From NCBI GenBank assembly GCA_964016885.1, contig OZ024741.1, positions 341,558,001-341,622,000 of the forward strand: a DNA stretch of 64,000 bases, given 5' to 3'. The notes below the pieces were generated by a model that was given only the letters and a program-made list of their open reading frames with translations, was not told the DNA's origin and searched no databases. This DNA comes from Eledone cirrhosa. Its lineage: Eukaryota. Of the stretch, positions 11,601 through 23,084 are shown in pieces. The position numbers were made by a program, and so were the translations under genes. The number at the start of each line of letters is the position of its first letter. The first letter of the stretch is position 1.

Positions 11601-14600
11601 GTGGTGGTGGTGGTGGTGGTGATAATAAGGGTGTCAATGGAAGTTATGGTGGGGGTTAGTGTGGAGATGTTGGTGGTGGTGGTGGTGGTGGTGATAATAA
11701 GGGGGTCAATGGAAGTTATGGTGGGGGTGATGGTGGAGGTGGTGGTGGTGGTGGTGGTGGTGGTGGTGGTGTTGATAATAAGGGGGTCAATGGAAGTTAT
11801 GGTGGGGGTTAGTGTGGAGATGTTGGTGGTGGTGGTGGTGGTCGTGGTGATAATAAGGGTGTCAATGAAAGTTATGGTGGGGTGATGGCGGTGGTGGTGG
11901 TGGTGGTGGTGGTGGTGGTGGTGGTGGTGGTGATAATAAGGGTGTCAATGGTAGTTATGGTGGGGGTGATGGTGGAGATGTTGGTGGTAGTGGTGGTGGT
12001 GGTGGTGATAATAAGGGTGTCAATGGAAGTTATGGTGGGGGTGATGGTGGAGATGTTGGTGGTGGTGCTGGTGGTGGTGATAATAAGGGTGTCAATGGAA
12101 GTTATGGTGGGGGTGAGTGTGGAGATGTTGGTGGTGGTGGTGGTGGTGGTGATAATAAGGGTGTCAATGGAAGTTATGGTGGGGTGAGTGTGGAGATGTT
12201 GGTGGTGGTGCTGGTGGTGGTGATAATAAGGGTGTCAATGGAAGTTATGGTGGGGGTTAGTGTGGAGATGTTGGTGGTGGTGGTGGTGGTGGTGATAATA
12301 AGGGGGTCAATGGAAGTTATGGTGGGGTGATGGTGGAGGTGGTGGTAGTGGTGGTGGTGGTGGTGGTGATAATAAGGGTGTCAATGGAAGTTATGGTGGG
12401 GGTGATGGTGGAGGTGGTGGTAGTGGTGGTGGTGGTGGTGGTGATAATAAGGGTGTCAATGGAAGTTATGGTGGAGGTGATGGTAGAGGTGGTGGTAGTG
12501 GTGGTGGTGGTGGTGGTGGTGATAATAAGGGTGTCAATGGAAGTTATGGTGGGGTGATGGTGGAGATGTTGGTGATGGTGGTGGTGGTGGTGATAATAAG
12601 GGTGTCAATGGAAGTTATGGTGGGGTGATGGTGGTGGTGGTGGTGGTGGTGGTGATAATAAGGGTGTCAATGGAAGTAATGGTGGGGGTGATGGTGGAGA
12701 GGTTGGTGATGGTGGTGGTGGTGGTGATAATAAGGGTGTCAATGGAAGTTATGGTGGGGGTGATGGTGGAGATGTTGGTGGTGGTGGTGGTGGTGGTGAT
12801 AATAAGGGTGTCAATGGAAGTTATGGTGGGGTGATGGTGGAGATGTTGGTGGTGGTGGTGGTGGTGGTGATAATAAGGGTGTCAAAGGAAGTTATGGTGG
12901 GGTGATGGTGGTGGTGGTGGTGGTGGTGGTGGTGGTGGTGATAATAAGGGTGTCAATGGAAGTAATGGTGGGGGTGATGGTGGTGATGTTGGTGATGGTG
13001 GTGGTGGTGGTGATAATAAGGGTGTCAATGGAAGTTATGGTGGGGTGATGGTGGAGATGTTGTTGGTGGTGGTGGTGGTGGTGGTGGTGGTGGTGGTGGT
13101 GGTGGTGGTGGTGATAATAAGGGTGTTAATGGAAGTTATGGTGGGGGTGATGGTGGAGGTGGTGGTGGTGGTGGTGGTGGAGGTGGTGGTAGTGGTGGTG
13201 GTGGTGGTGATAATAAGGATGCCAATTGAAGTTATGGTGGGGTGGTGGTGGTGGTGGTGGTGGTGGTGGTGGTGGTGGTGGTGGTAATAAGGGTGTCAAT
13301 GGAAGTTATGGTGGGGATGATGGTGGAGATGTTGGTAGTGGTGGTGGTGGTGGTGATAATAAGGGTGTCAATGGAAGTTATGGTGGGGTGATGGTGAAGA
13401 TGTTGGTGGTAGTGGTGGTGGTGGTGGTGGTGGTGATAATAAGGGTGTCAATGGAAGTTATGGTGGGGGTGATGGTGGAGATGTTGGTGATGGTGGTGGT
13501 GGTGGTGATAATAAGGGTGTCAATGGAAGTTATGGTGGGGTGATGGTGAAGATGTTGGTGGTAGTGGTGGTGGTGGTGGTGATAATAAGGGTGTCAATGG
13601 AAGTTATGGTGGGGTGATGGTGGAGATGTTGGTGGTAGTGGTGGTGGTGGTGGTTATAATAAGGGTGTCAATGGAAGTTATGGTGGGGGTGATGGTGGAG
13701 ATGTTGTTGGTAGTGGTGGTGGTGGTGGTGATAATAAGGGTGTCAATGGAAGTTATGGTGGGGGTGATGGTGAAGATGTTGGTGGTAGTGGTGGTGGTGG
13801 TGGTTATAATAAGGGTGTCAATGGAAGTTATGGTGGGGGTGATGGTGGAGATGTTGTTGGTAGTGGTGGTGGTGGTGGTTATAATAAGGGTGTCAATGGA
13901 AGTTATGGTGGGGTGATGGTGGAGGTGGTGGTGGTAGTGGTGGTGGTGGTGGTGATAATAAGGGTGTCAATGGAAGTTATGGTGGGGTGATGGTGGAGGT
14001 GGTGGTGGTGGTGGTGGTGGTGATAATAAGGGTGTCAATGGAAGTTATGGTGGGGTGATGGTGGAGGTGGTGGTGGTGGTGGTGGTGGTGGTGGTGGTGG
14101 TGGTGATAATAAGGGTGTCAATGGAAGTTATGGTGGGGTGATGGTGGAGATGTTGGTGGTAGTGGTGGTGGTGGTGGTGATAATAAGGGTGTCAATGGAA
14201 GTTATGGTGGGGTGATGGTGGAGGTGGTGGTGGTGGTGGTGGTGATGGTGGTGGTGGTGGTGATAATAAGGGTGTCAATGGAAGTTATGGTGGGGTGATG
14301 GTGGAGATGTTGGTGGTAGTGGTGGTGGTGGTGGTGATAATAAGGGTGTCAATGGAAGTTATGGTGGGGTGATGGTGGAGGTGGTGGTGGTGGTGGTGGT
14401 GGTGGTGGTGGTGGTGGTGATAATAAGGGTGTCAATGGAAGTTATGGTGGGGTGATGGTGGAGATGTTGGTGGTGGTGGTGGTGGTGGTGGTAATAAGGG
14501 TGTCAATGGAAGTTATGGTGGGTGATGGTGAAGATGTTGGTGGTAGTGGTGGTGGTGGTGGTGATAATAAGGGTGTCAATGGAAGTTATGGTGGGGGTGA

Positions 14601-17600
14601 TGGTGGAGATGTTGTTGGTAGTGGTGGTGGTGGTGGTGATAATAAGGGTGTCAATGGAAGTTATGGTGGGGTGATGGTGGAGATGTTGGTGGTAGTGGTG
14701 GTGGTGGTGGTGATAATAAGGGTGTCAATGGAAGTTATGGTGGGGTGATGGTGGAGATGTTGGTGGTAGTGGTGGTGGTGGTGGTGATAATAAGGGTGTC
14801 AATGGAAGTTATGGTGGTGGTGATGGTGGAGATGTTGTTGGTAGTGGTGGTGGTGGTGGTGGTGACAATAAGGGTGTCAATGGAAGTTATGGTGGGGTGA
14901 TGGTGGAGATGTTGGTGGTGGTGGTGGTGGTGGTGGTAATAAGGGTGTCAATGGAAGTTATGGTGGGGTGATGGTGAAGATGTTGGTGGTAGTGGTGGTG
15001 GTGGTGGTGATAATAAGGGTGTCAATGGAAGTTATGGTGGGGGTGATTGTGGAGATGTTGTTGGTAGTGGTGGTGGTGGTGGTGATAATAAGGGTGTCAA
15101 TGGAAGTTATGGTGGGGTGATGGTGGAGATGTTGGTGGTAGTGGTGGTGGTGGTGGTGATAATAAGGGTGTCAATGGAAGTTATGGTGGGGTGATGGTGG
15201 AGATGTTGGTGGTGGTGGTGGTGGTAATAAGGGTGTCAATGGAAGTTATGGTGGGGGTGATGGTGGAGATGTTGGTGGTAGTGGTGGTGGTGGTGATAAT
15301 AAGGGTGTCAATGGAAGTTATGGTGTGGATGATGGTGGAGCTGGTGGTGGTAGTGGTGGTGGTGGTGATAATAAGGGTGTCAATGGAAGTTATGGTGGGG
15401 TGATGGTGGAGATGTTGGTGGTGGTGGTGGTAGTGGTGGTGATAATAAGGGTGTCAATGGAAGTTATGGTGGGGGTGATGGTGGAGATGTTGGTGGTAGT
15501 GGTGGTGGTGGTGGTGGTGGTGGTGGTGGTGGTGGTGGTGGTAATAAGGATGTAAATGGAAGTTATGGTGGGGGTGATGGTGGAGATGTTGTTGGTAGGG
15601 GTGGTGGTGGTGATAATAAAGGTGTCAATGGAAGTTATGGTGGGGGTGATGGTGGAGATGTTGTTGTTGGTGGTGGTGGTGGTGGTGATAATAAGGATGT
15701 AAATGGAAGTTATGGTGGGGGGTGATGGTGGAGATGTTGGTGGTGGTTGGGGTGGTGGTGGTGGTGGTGGTGGTGGTGGTGACAATAAGGGTGTCAATGG
15801 AAGTTATGGTGGGGTGATGGTGGAGATGTTGGTGGTGGTGGTGGTAGTGGTGGTGATAATAAGGGTGTCAATGAAAGTTATGGTGGGGGTGATGGTGGAG
15901 ATGTTGGTGGTAGTGGTGGTGGTGGTGACAATAAGGGTGTCAATGGAAGTTATGGTGGGGGTGATGGTGGAGATGTTGGTGGTGGTGGTGGTGGTGGTGA
16001 TAATAAGGGTGTCAATGGAAGTTATGGTGGGGGTGATGGTGGAGGTGGTGGTAGTGGTGGTGGTGGTGGTGATAATAAGGGTGTCAATGGAAGTTATGGT
16101 GGGGGTGATGGTGGAGGTGGTGGTAGTGGTGGTGGTGGTGATAATAAGGGTGTCAATGGAAGTTATGGTGGGGGTGATGGTGGAGGTGGTGGTAGTGGTG
16201 GTGGTGGTGGTGATAATAAGGGTGTCAATGGAAGTTATGGTGGGGGTGAGTGTGGAGATGTTGGTGGTGGTGGTGGTGGTGATAATAAGGGTGTCAATGG
16301 AAGTTATGGTGGGGTGATGGTGGTGGTGGTGGTGGTGGTGATAATAAGGGTGTCAATGGAAGTAATGGTGGGGGTGATGGTGGAGAGGTTGGTGATGGTG
16401 GTGGTGGTGGTGATAATAAGGGTGTCAATGGAAGTTATGGTGGGGGTGATGGTGGAGATGTTGGTGGTGGTGGTGGTGGTGGTGATAATAAGGGTGTCAA
16501 TGGAAGTTATGGTGGGGGTGATGGTGGAGATGTTGGTGGTAGTGGTGGTGGTGGTGGTGATAATAAGGGTGTCAATGGAAGTTATGGTGTGGTGATGGTG
16601 GTGGTGGTGGTGGTGGTGATAATAAGGGCGTCAATGGAAGTTATGGTGGGGTGATGGTGGAGATGTTGGTGGTGGTGGTGGTGGTGATAATAAGGGTGTC
16701 AAAGGAAGTTATGGTGGGGTGATGGTGGTGGTGGTGGTGGTGGTGGTGGTGGTGATAATAAGGGTGTCAATGGAAGTAATGGTGGGGGTGATGGTGGAGA
16801 TGTTGGTGATGGTGGTGGTGGTGGTGATAATAAGGGTGTCAATGGAAGTTATGGTGGGGTGATGGTGGAGATTTGGTGGTGGTGGTGGTGGTGGTGGTGG
16901 TGGTGGTGGTGGTGGTGGTGGTGGTGGTGGTGATAATAAGGGTGTTAATGGAAGTTATGGTGGGGTGATGGTGGAGATGTTGGTGGTGGTGGTGGTGGAG
17001 GTGATAATAAGGATGCCAATTGAAGTTATGGTGGGGTGATGGTGGTGGTGGTGGTGGTGGTGATAATAAGGGTGTCAATGGAAGTTATGGTGGGGTGATG
17101 GTGGAGATGGTGGTGGTGGTGGTGGTGGTAATAATAAGGGTGTCAATGGAAGTTATGGTGGGGGTGAGTGTGGAGATGTTGGTGGTGGTGGTGGTGGTGA
17201 TAATAAGGGTGTCAATGGTAGTTATGGTGGGGGTGATGTTGGAGATGTTGGTGGTAGTGGTGGTGGTGGTGGTGATAATAAGGGTGTCAATGGAAGTTAT
17301 GGTGGGGGTGAGTGTGGAGATGTTGGTGGTGGTGGTGGTGGTGGTGGTGATAATAAGGGTGTCAATGGAAGTTATGGTGGGGGTGATGGTGGAGATGTTG
17401 GTGATGGTGGTGGTGGTGGTGATAATAAGGGTGTCAATGGAAGTTATGGTGGGGGTGATGGTGGAGGTGGTGGTAGTGGTGGTGGTGGTGGTGATAATAA
17501 GGGTGTCAATGGAAGTTATGGTGGGGGTGATGGTGGAGATGTTGTTGGTAGTGGTGGTGGTGGTGGTGATAATAAGGGTGTCAATGGAAGTTATGGTGGG

Positions 17601-18915
17601 GTGATGGTGGAGATGTTGGTGGTAGTGGTGGTGGTGGTGGTGATAATAAGGGTGTCAATGGAAGTTATGGTGGGGTGATGGTGGAGATGTTGGTGGTGGT
17701 GGTGGTGGTGGTGGTGGTGGTGATAATAAGGGTGTCAATGGAGGTTATGGTGGGGTGGTGGTGGAGATGTTGGTGGTAGTGGTGGTGGTGGTGGTGGTGG
17801 TGATAATAAGGGTGTCAATGGAAGTTATGGTGGGGGTGATGGTGGAGATGTTGGTGGTGGTGGTGGTAGTGGTGGTGATAATAAGGGTGTCAATGGAAGT
17901 TATGGTGGGGTTGATGGTGGAGATGTTGGTGGTAGTGGTGGTGGTGGTGGTGGTGGTGGTGGTGGTGGTGATAATAAGGATGTAAATGGAAGTTATGGTG
18001 GGGGGTGATGGTGGAGATGTTGGTGTTGGTTGGGGTGGTGGTGGTGGTGGTGGTGGTGGTGGTGACAATAAGGGTGTCAATGGAAGTTATGGTGGGGGTG
18101 ATGGTGGAGATGTTGTTGGTAGTGGTGGTGATGGTGATAATAAGGGTGTCAATGAAAGTTATGGTGGGGGTGATGGTGGAGATGTTGGTGGTAGTGGTGG
18201 TGGTGGTGGTGATAATAAGGGTGTCAATGGAAGTTATGGTGGGGGTGATGGTGGAGATGTTGGTGGTAGTGGTGGTGGTGGTGGTGATAATAAGGGCGTC
18301 AATGGAAGCTATGGCGGGGGGGTGATGGTGGAGATGTTGGTGGTAGTGGTGGTGGTGGTGGTGGTGATAATAAGGGCGTCAATGGAAGTTATGGTGGGGA
18401 TGATGGTGGAGATGTTGGTGGTAGTGGTGGTGGTGGTGACAATAAGGATGTAAATGGAAGTTATGGTGGGGGGGGGGTGACAATAAGGATGTAAACGGAA
18501 GTTATGTTGGGGGGTGATGGTGGAGATGTTGTTGGTAGTGGTGGTGGTGGTGACAATAAGGGTGTCAATGGAAGTTATGGTGGGGGTGATGGTGGAGATG
18601 TTGTTGGTAGTGGTGGTGGTGGTGGTGATAATAAGGGCGTCAATGGAAGCTATGGCGGGGGGGTGATGGTGGAGATGTTGGTGGTAGTGGTGGTGGTGGT
18701 GACAATAAGGGTGTCAATGGAAGTTATGGTGGGGGTGATGGTGGAGATGTTGGTGGTAGTGGTGGTGTTGGTGGTGATAATAAGGGTGTCAATGGAAGTT
18801 ATGGTGGGGGGTGATGGTGGAGATGTTGGTGGTAGTGGTGGTGGTGGTGACAATCAGGGTGTCAATGGAAGTTATGGTGTGGATGATGGTGGAGATGTTG
18901 GTGGTAGTGGTTGTG
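5640..18915. repeat. ~13.3-kb G/T-rich minisatellite: constant core GATAATAAGGGTGTCAATGGAAGTTATGGTGGGG(G)TGA plus a variable (GGT)n linker, unit mostly about 55-90 bp
   Basis: The core recurs throughout. Five near-perfect 75-bp units lie at 5656-6030. Confidence 0.97.
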
Positions 18916-19070
18916 ACAATAGTAGTAGTGGGAAAAACAGAAGTGGTGTTGAGGTTAATGGTTGTAGTCCTAAAGTGTGTCGTATCCTTGAGCAAGGTAC
19001 TTTATTTCATGTTGCTCCAATCCACTCTGCTGGCAATAATAAGTTGAATCTCCGTGACAACTATGTTATC

Positions 19071-19270
19071 TCTTTAGCACTTTCATTACTTCATGGTAAA
19101 CACTTTATCTTACATAATTATTTCACATAATATTGAATCTATTAGATTTTGATATTATATATTTTGAGAACAATAACTTAACATCAGTATGAGCGGCCAG
19201 TTATGGCTGGTTTGAACAGAAAGAGGTGATAGAATTCTGGCTGGATATGGCTGGTTTAAATGCTAAAGTG
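19071..19270 (-). mobile_element. Second copy of the piggyBac-type MITE (inverted)
   Basis: The reverse complement CTTTAGCATTTAAACCAGCCATATCCAGCCAGAATTC... aligns to 3133-3290. Confidence 0.75.
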
Positions 19271-19487
19271 ATATGGTTACACATATCTGAGGAATATTCA
19301 GCTTGTTTGTTATATCTTCTGCTGAATCTCTTACTAATGAGGAAAGAAAAGCCAGATAAGAGTATGTAGTACTTTACAGCAACATAGTAGTGTACAACAT
19401 GCAAGTGAAGAATACCCCCACCCCACCCACAACAGATGCTTACTGTATTTATAGTTTGAACGGGAAACATGGCAAAAATACTCCTTT

Positions 19488-19570
19488 CTTATTGGCTGGC
19501 TGATCGTCTGCTGATATTGACCAATCAGGTAATGGCACATCTGCATAACACATCATGTAACCAATCAGCA
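19488..19570. promoter_or_regulatory. Cluster of three CCAAT (NF-Y-type) boxes
   Basis: ATTGG at 19491, GACCAATCAG at 19519 and AACCAATCAG at 19559, spaced 30-40 bp apart in non-repetitive DNA. No transcript evidence. Confidence 0.3.
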
Positions 19571-20019
19571 ATGAAAAGAAAAGTCTGGAATTCTTTTTCA
19601 TTAAGTTTTCTTTCTTCTCAGGAATCTGACCTCCTTGATAACCTCACATTATAGTTCAAGATGAACTGTACATGTAATTCAAAGAGACAATCTCGTCACA
19701 CCACTATGTAGCATTGAATCCTTTTCAGAAGTACATGAAGGATACAGATGTTAATTTCATGACATTACATTGATCAAATCAACTGGAATACTCATCATGG
19801 GAACTGAAAGTTCAATTCAAAAGAAGCAGTGTTGAAAGAGGTTGTGATAAAGATTTTGGTCATACTGGTCATTGTGGAAATCAGTTAGCACAGCTTCCCA
19901 TTTTATGCTGAGCCTAATTGGAGAATCCAGTCTACCTGTACACTCTAAAACCATTGAGTTAAACATAAAAAAAAAAATAATAATAAAGTCACAAGCAGAA
20001 TCTGGATACATATTAACCC

Positions 20020-20310
20020 AATACACTCAGAAAAGTGGTAATGTTGGTGCCATGATAAAATGAACCTGGTACACTCTCTAAAGTGGAAGTGCTGATGCCA
20101 CAATAAAAGGCACCCAGTACACTTAGTAAAGTGGTCGGTATTATGAAAGGCATCCAGCTGTAGAATATATACCAAACAAAGGTTTGGGAGGACTCATCAG
20201 TGTCAAGGGTATGATAACCTCTCTTATGTTGGCACCATGAAAACTGCATCCAGTACATTCAGTAAAATGTTTGGTGTTAGGGCTTCCAGCTGTGGAAACC
20301 ATGCTAAAAT
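20020..20310 (+). mobile_element. Degenerate tandem fragments of the RTE-related 3' tail / SINE tail
   Basis: GCCAC..AAAAGGCACCCAGTACAC...AAAGTGG...GGCATCCAGCTGTAGAA resembles 63570-63650 and the RTE 3' UTR. Confidence 0.6.
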
Positions 20311-20563
20311 GGATCATATCTTTGGATGTTTCCACAATACTGTTACACAGCAAAGATGTTTTGCAATTTGTTTATTGATCAAAGGAAGTTATATTATAGC
20401 TTAATTATACACATTTTTATAAAACTGTGGTCTTTGAAGGTTCAGTAATGGTCTGTGCACCAGGTGGCTGCCTAGTTGGCCTTAATGGTAGCACCAAAAG
20501 TGTAATGTTCAAGGAAGAAAGGACTGGGGTTTCAAAATTAATAATTTTAAAAAGAGAACTTAC

Positions 20564-20628
20564 TGCCAAAGTGAACTTTCCACTACTTGTCCTGAGGGAT
20601 CATGGTCACGGGTAAGAACAAATATTAC
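20564..20628 (-). other. Candidate 65-nt internal exon of an unidentified minus-strand transcript
   Basis: Acceptor TTCATTTTCTATTCTCTAATTGCAG and donor GTAAGT. One frame is open (VIFVLTRDHDPSGQVVESSLW). No recognisable homology. Confidence 0.45.
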
Positions 20629-20998
20629 CTGCAATTAGAGAATAGAAAATGAACTTAGAAATTATAAATATATCACACTATGTAGTTGACTCCATGAAAA
20701 TTCCATGGATTAATTAGAAACAACTACCAAGTATTAAAGATTTATATGTCATTTTAAATGGTGTATTTATAAGTTATATATAGGGGCACCATCTAAGGGA
20801 ATGGGGGACATGCACCTCTAGGGATGGTGTGTGCTATTTAATACTGCCACATTTCAGTAAGAGGTGATTGCTGCCCTCTGACAAGCTATCCATAGGGAAG
20901 GTATAACATTCAACTGGCACACTGAGAATCCTCTTCTCTCTTTCTTTTGTTGCTCAATTCTTGTTTTTTTCATTTTCTTATTGTAAACATTATTGTTA

Positions 20999-21550
20999 CT
21001 AGCAGAAAAACTCCCCTTTGGGTGTAGTGTGCATATTGATAAGCAAATGTATATGCATGTAGATGAAATCGTAATTGACAATATGCACAGAAATTGAATG
21101 AAGTCTGTGTTACACTCTCTTCTGTAATCAGTAAAGTAATCCACGATACATTAAAAAAAAGACGATATTATATATAAGCTGCATATCTGATAAACTAAAA
21201 TGTTATGAAAACTAAAAAGGAGAAAATTAACAACAGAAATATAAACCTTAAAATAACGATGTATATATATATATGAACGTTTATATAAGCATTGCGATAA
21301 GTGTTATGATATAACGGACGCTAACCGGAAGTGTTGACATTTGAAAATTTTAAAGAAGTGAATCTTAAAATAAGCAATACTTTATATATAAGAATATTTA
21401 TGTTTAGTCAAGAGCTACAAAATTTAGTAGATAAATTACATAATATTCATTCATTATTTATTCAAAGTAATCCAACTTATTTTACTAACGGGATAAAAAA
21501 AATATAAAACGGACGCTGTCCTGCACTCCTCTCTTTATTATATTATATAT
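20999..21550 (-). mobile_element. Non-autonomous Helitron-like element, copy 1
   Basis: ~550-bp homology to 39330-39886. The minus-strand 3' end is CTAG|T preceded by a short GC-rich hairpin remnant, and the 5' end is AT-rich (TATATAAT..AAAGAG). Confidence 0.6.
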
Positions 21551-21589
21551 TCCACTGATTTACATAACTTTCAACATAACTGTCATTAT

Positions 21590-21895
21590 TTGAGGTTGAC
21601 TTTGCCTTTCATCCTTACAGGGTCGATAAAATAAAGTACCAGTAATGAACTGGGTATTTTGCTGGCCTTGTGCCTAAAGTAGAAACAATTATTTAATAAA
21701 TTGGGCGGTAGATTGGCAGAATCGGTAGAGCAGTAGACACCATGCTTTGCAGCATAGAGTTATGACCCTTTACTTCTGAGTTCAAATCCCACCAAGGTTA
21801 ACTTTGCCTTTCATCCTTAAGGGGTCAATAAAAGAAAGCACCAGTAATGTACTAGGATAATTGCTGGCCTTGTGCCAAAAGTAGAAACAATTATT
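21590..21895 (+). mobile_element. Two SINE family A copies (first is 5'-truncated)
   Basis: Core and tail motifs as in 2229-5105. Confidence 0.9.
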
Positions 21896-21951
21896 TTTTA
21901 TTGTAAATATTGTTATTTCACTGATTTACATAAGTTTGTATGTAACTGTCA

Positions 21952-22206
21952 TCTATATAAATAAAAGTCGTCTATCCAGTTGTCAGTCCAATGACTTAAA
22001 ACAAAGGAAGGGAGAAGGTGAAAAAAATCAAACAGAGTTTCAACTTTTGCACAAAGCTCTGTGTGTGTATATGTGTGAATGTATGTGTGTGTAAAAAGGA
22101 GGAAGGGGAATGGTGAAAAAACTACTGCAAAACCAGCCAACAGACTTCCAACCTTTTCCATGCTTTGTCTGTGTGTATGTGTGTGTGTGTGTTTGTGTGA
22201 ATGTGT

Positions 22207-22251
<45 letters not shown>

Positions 22252-22560
22252 TGAATGTATAACTTTGATAATTGAGAGGTTTCAACCAGTATTGGCCCAG
22301 ACCATGTCTAACTTAACAACACCACCTTGCAAAATGTATATGTGTGTATTTGTGTGAGTGTATGTCTGTATGTGTGTGTATGCGTATGTATTTGTGTGAG
22401 TTTATTGGTGTTTGTGAGTTTATATTTATACACACAAATATCTACTAATATATAATGTATATGTGTGTATTTGTGTGAGTGTATGCCTGTATGTGTATGT
22501 ATGCGTATGTATTTGTGTGAGTTTATTGGTGTTTGTGTACACACAAATATCTACTAATAT
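21952..22560 (+). mobile_element. Dispersed repeat with internal (GT)n, possibly Helitron-like; inverted partial copy at about 44760-44930
   Basis: Begins A|TCTATATAAATAAAAG, resembling a Helitron 5' end. The segment GTGTAAAAAGGAGGAAGGGGAATGGTGAAAAAACTAC matches the reverse complement of about 44865-44905. Confidence 0.4.
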
Positions 22561-22637
22561 ATAATGCTCTTGTTATTTAATAAATGACACAGCTTATATA
22601 CACACTTAACAAAGGTTCTTAAATAAAATTTTAGTTA

Positions 22638-23007
22638 CCGTATTTCCCGGTGCCAAAGAGACTTCATCCTCTAGGACGCACCCTAATTTTGATAACCAAA
22701 AATTTGAAAAAAATAATTGTTTCTACTTTTGGCACAAGGCCAGCAATTACCCAGTGCATTACTGGTACTTTATTTTATCGACCCAGTAAGGATGAAAGGC
22801 AAAGTGAACCTCAGCGGGATTTGAACTCAGACTGTAAAGGGACGTAACTGTGCTGGAAAGCATGGCGTCCGACTCTCTACCGATACTGCCAATCCACCAC
22901 CAAATTTGAAAAAAATAATAAACAACCTCCAGCCTCCAGGACGCATGGTAGATTTTTGGAGACTTATTTTAGGAAAAAAGTAGCGTCTTCAATGCTGGGA
23001 AATACGG
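22638..23007. mobile_element. Tc1/mariner (pogo/Tc2-like) MITE with TA target duplication, interrupted by a SINE
   Basis: TA|CCGTATTTCCC ... GGGAAATACGG|TA. Confidence 0.85.
22718..22901 (-). mobile_element. SINE family A copy nested in the MITE, 18-bp TSD
   Basis: AAATTTGAAAAAAATAAT at 22700-22717 and 22902-22919. Confidence 0.92.
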
Positions 23008-23084
23008 TATATAATCATATCAAATCTTTACCCTGTTCACATTAAACAGGTGGATGTGTAAATAAAGGTATAGGCTTTTATTAC

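Noticed and set aside
5640-18915. CRISPR-like repeat-spacer appearance (constant ~38-bp repeat with variable spacers)
   Set aside because: The spacers are just (GGT)n variants, not unique sequences. There are no cas genes and the context is eukaryotic.
6189-19130. Long Val-rich, Gly-rich and Thr/Pro-rich ORFs
   Set aside because: They are by-products of a triplet-periodic minisatellite, open on both strands with frequent frame breaks and no non-repetitive domain.
21325-21333. ETS-type CCGGAAGTG promoter motif
   Set aside because: It is a single motif inside a dispersed repeat and is absent from the sister copy at about 39670.
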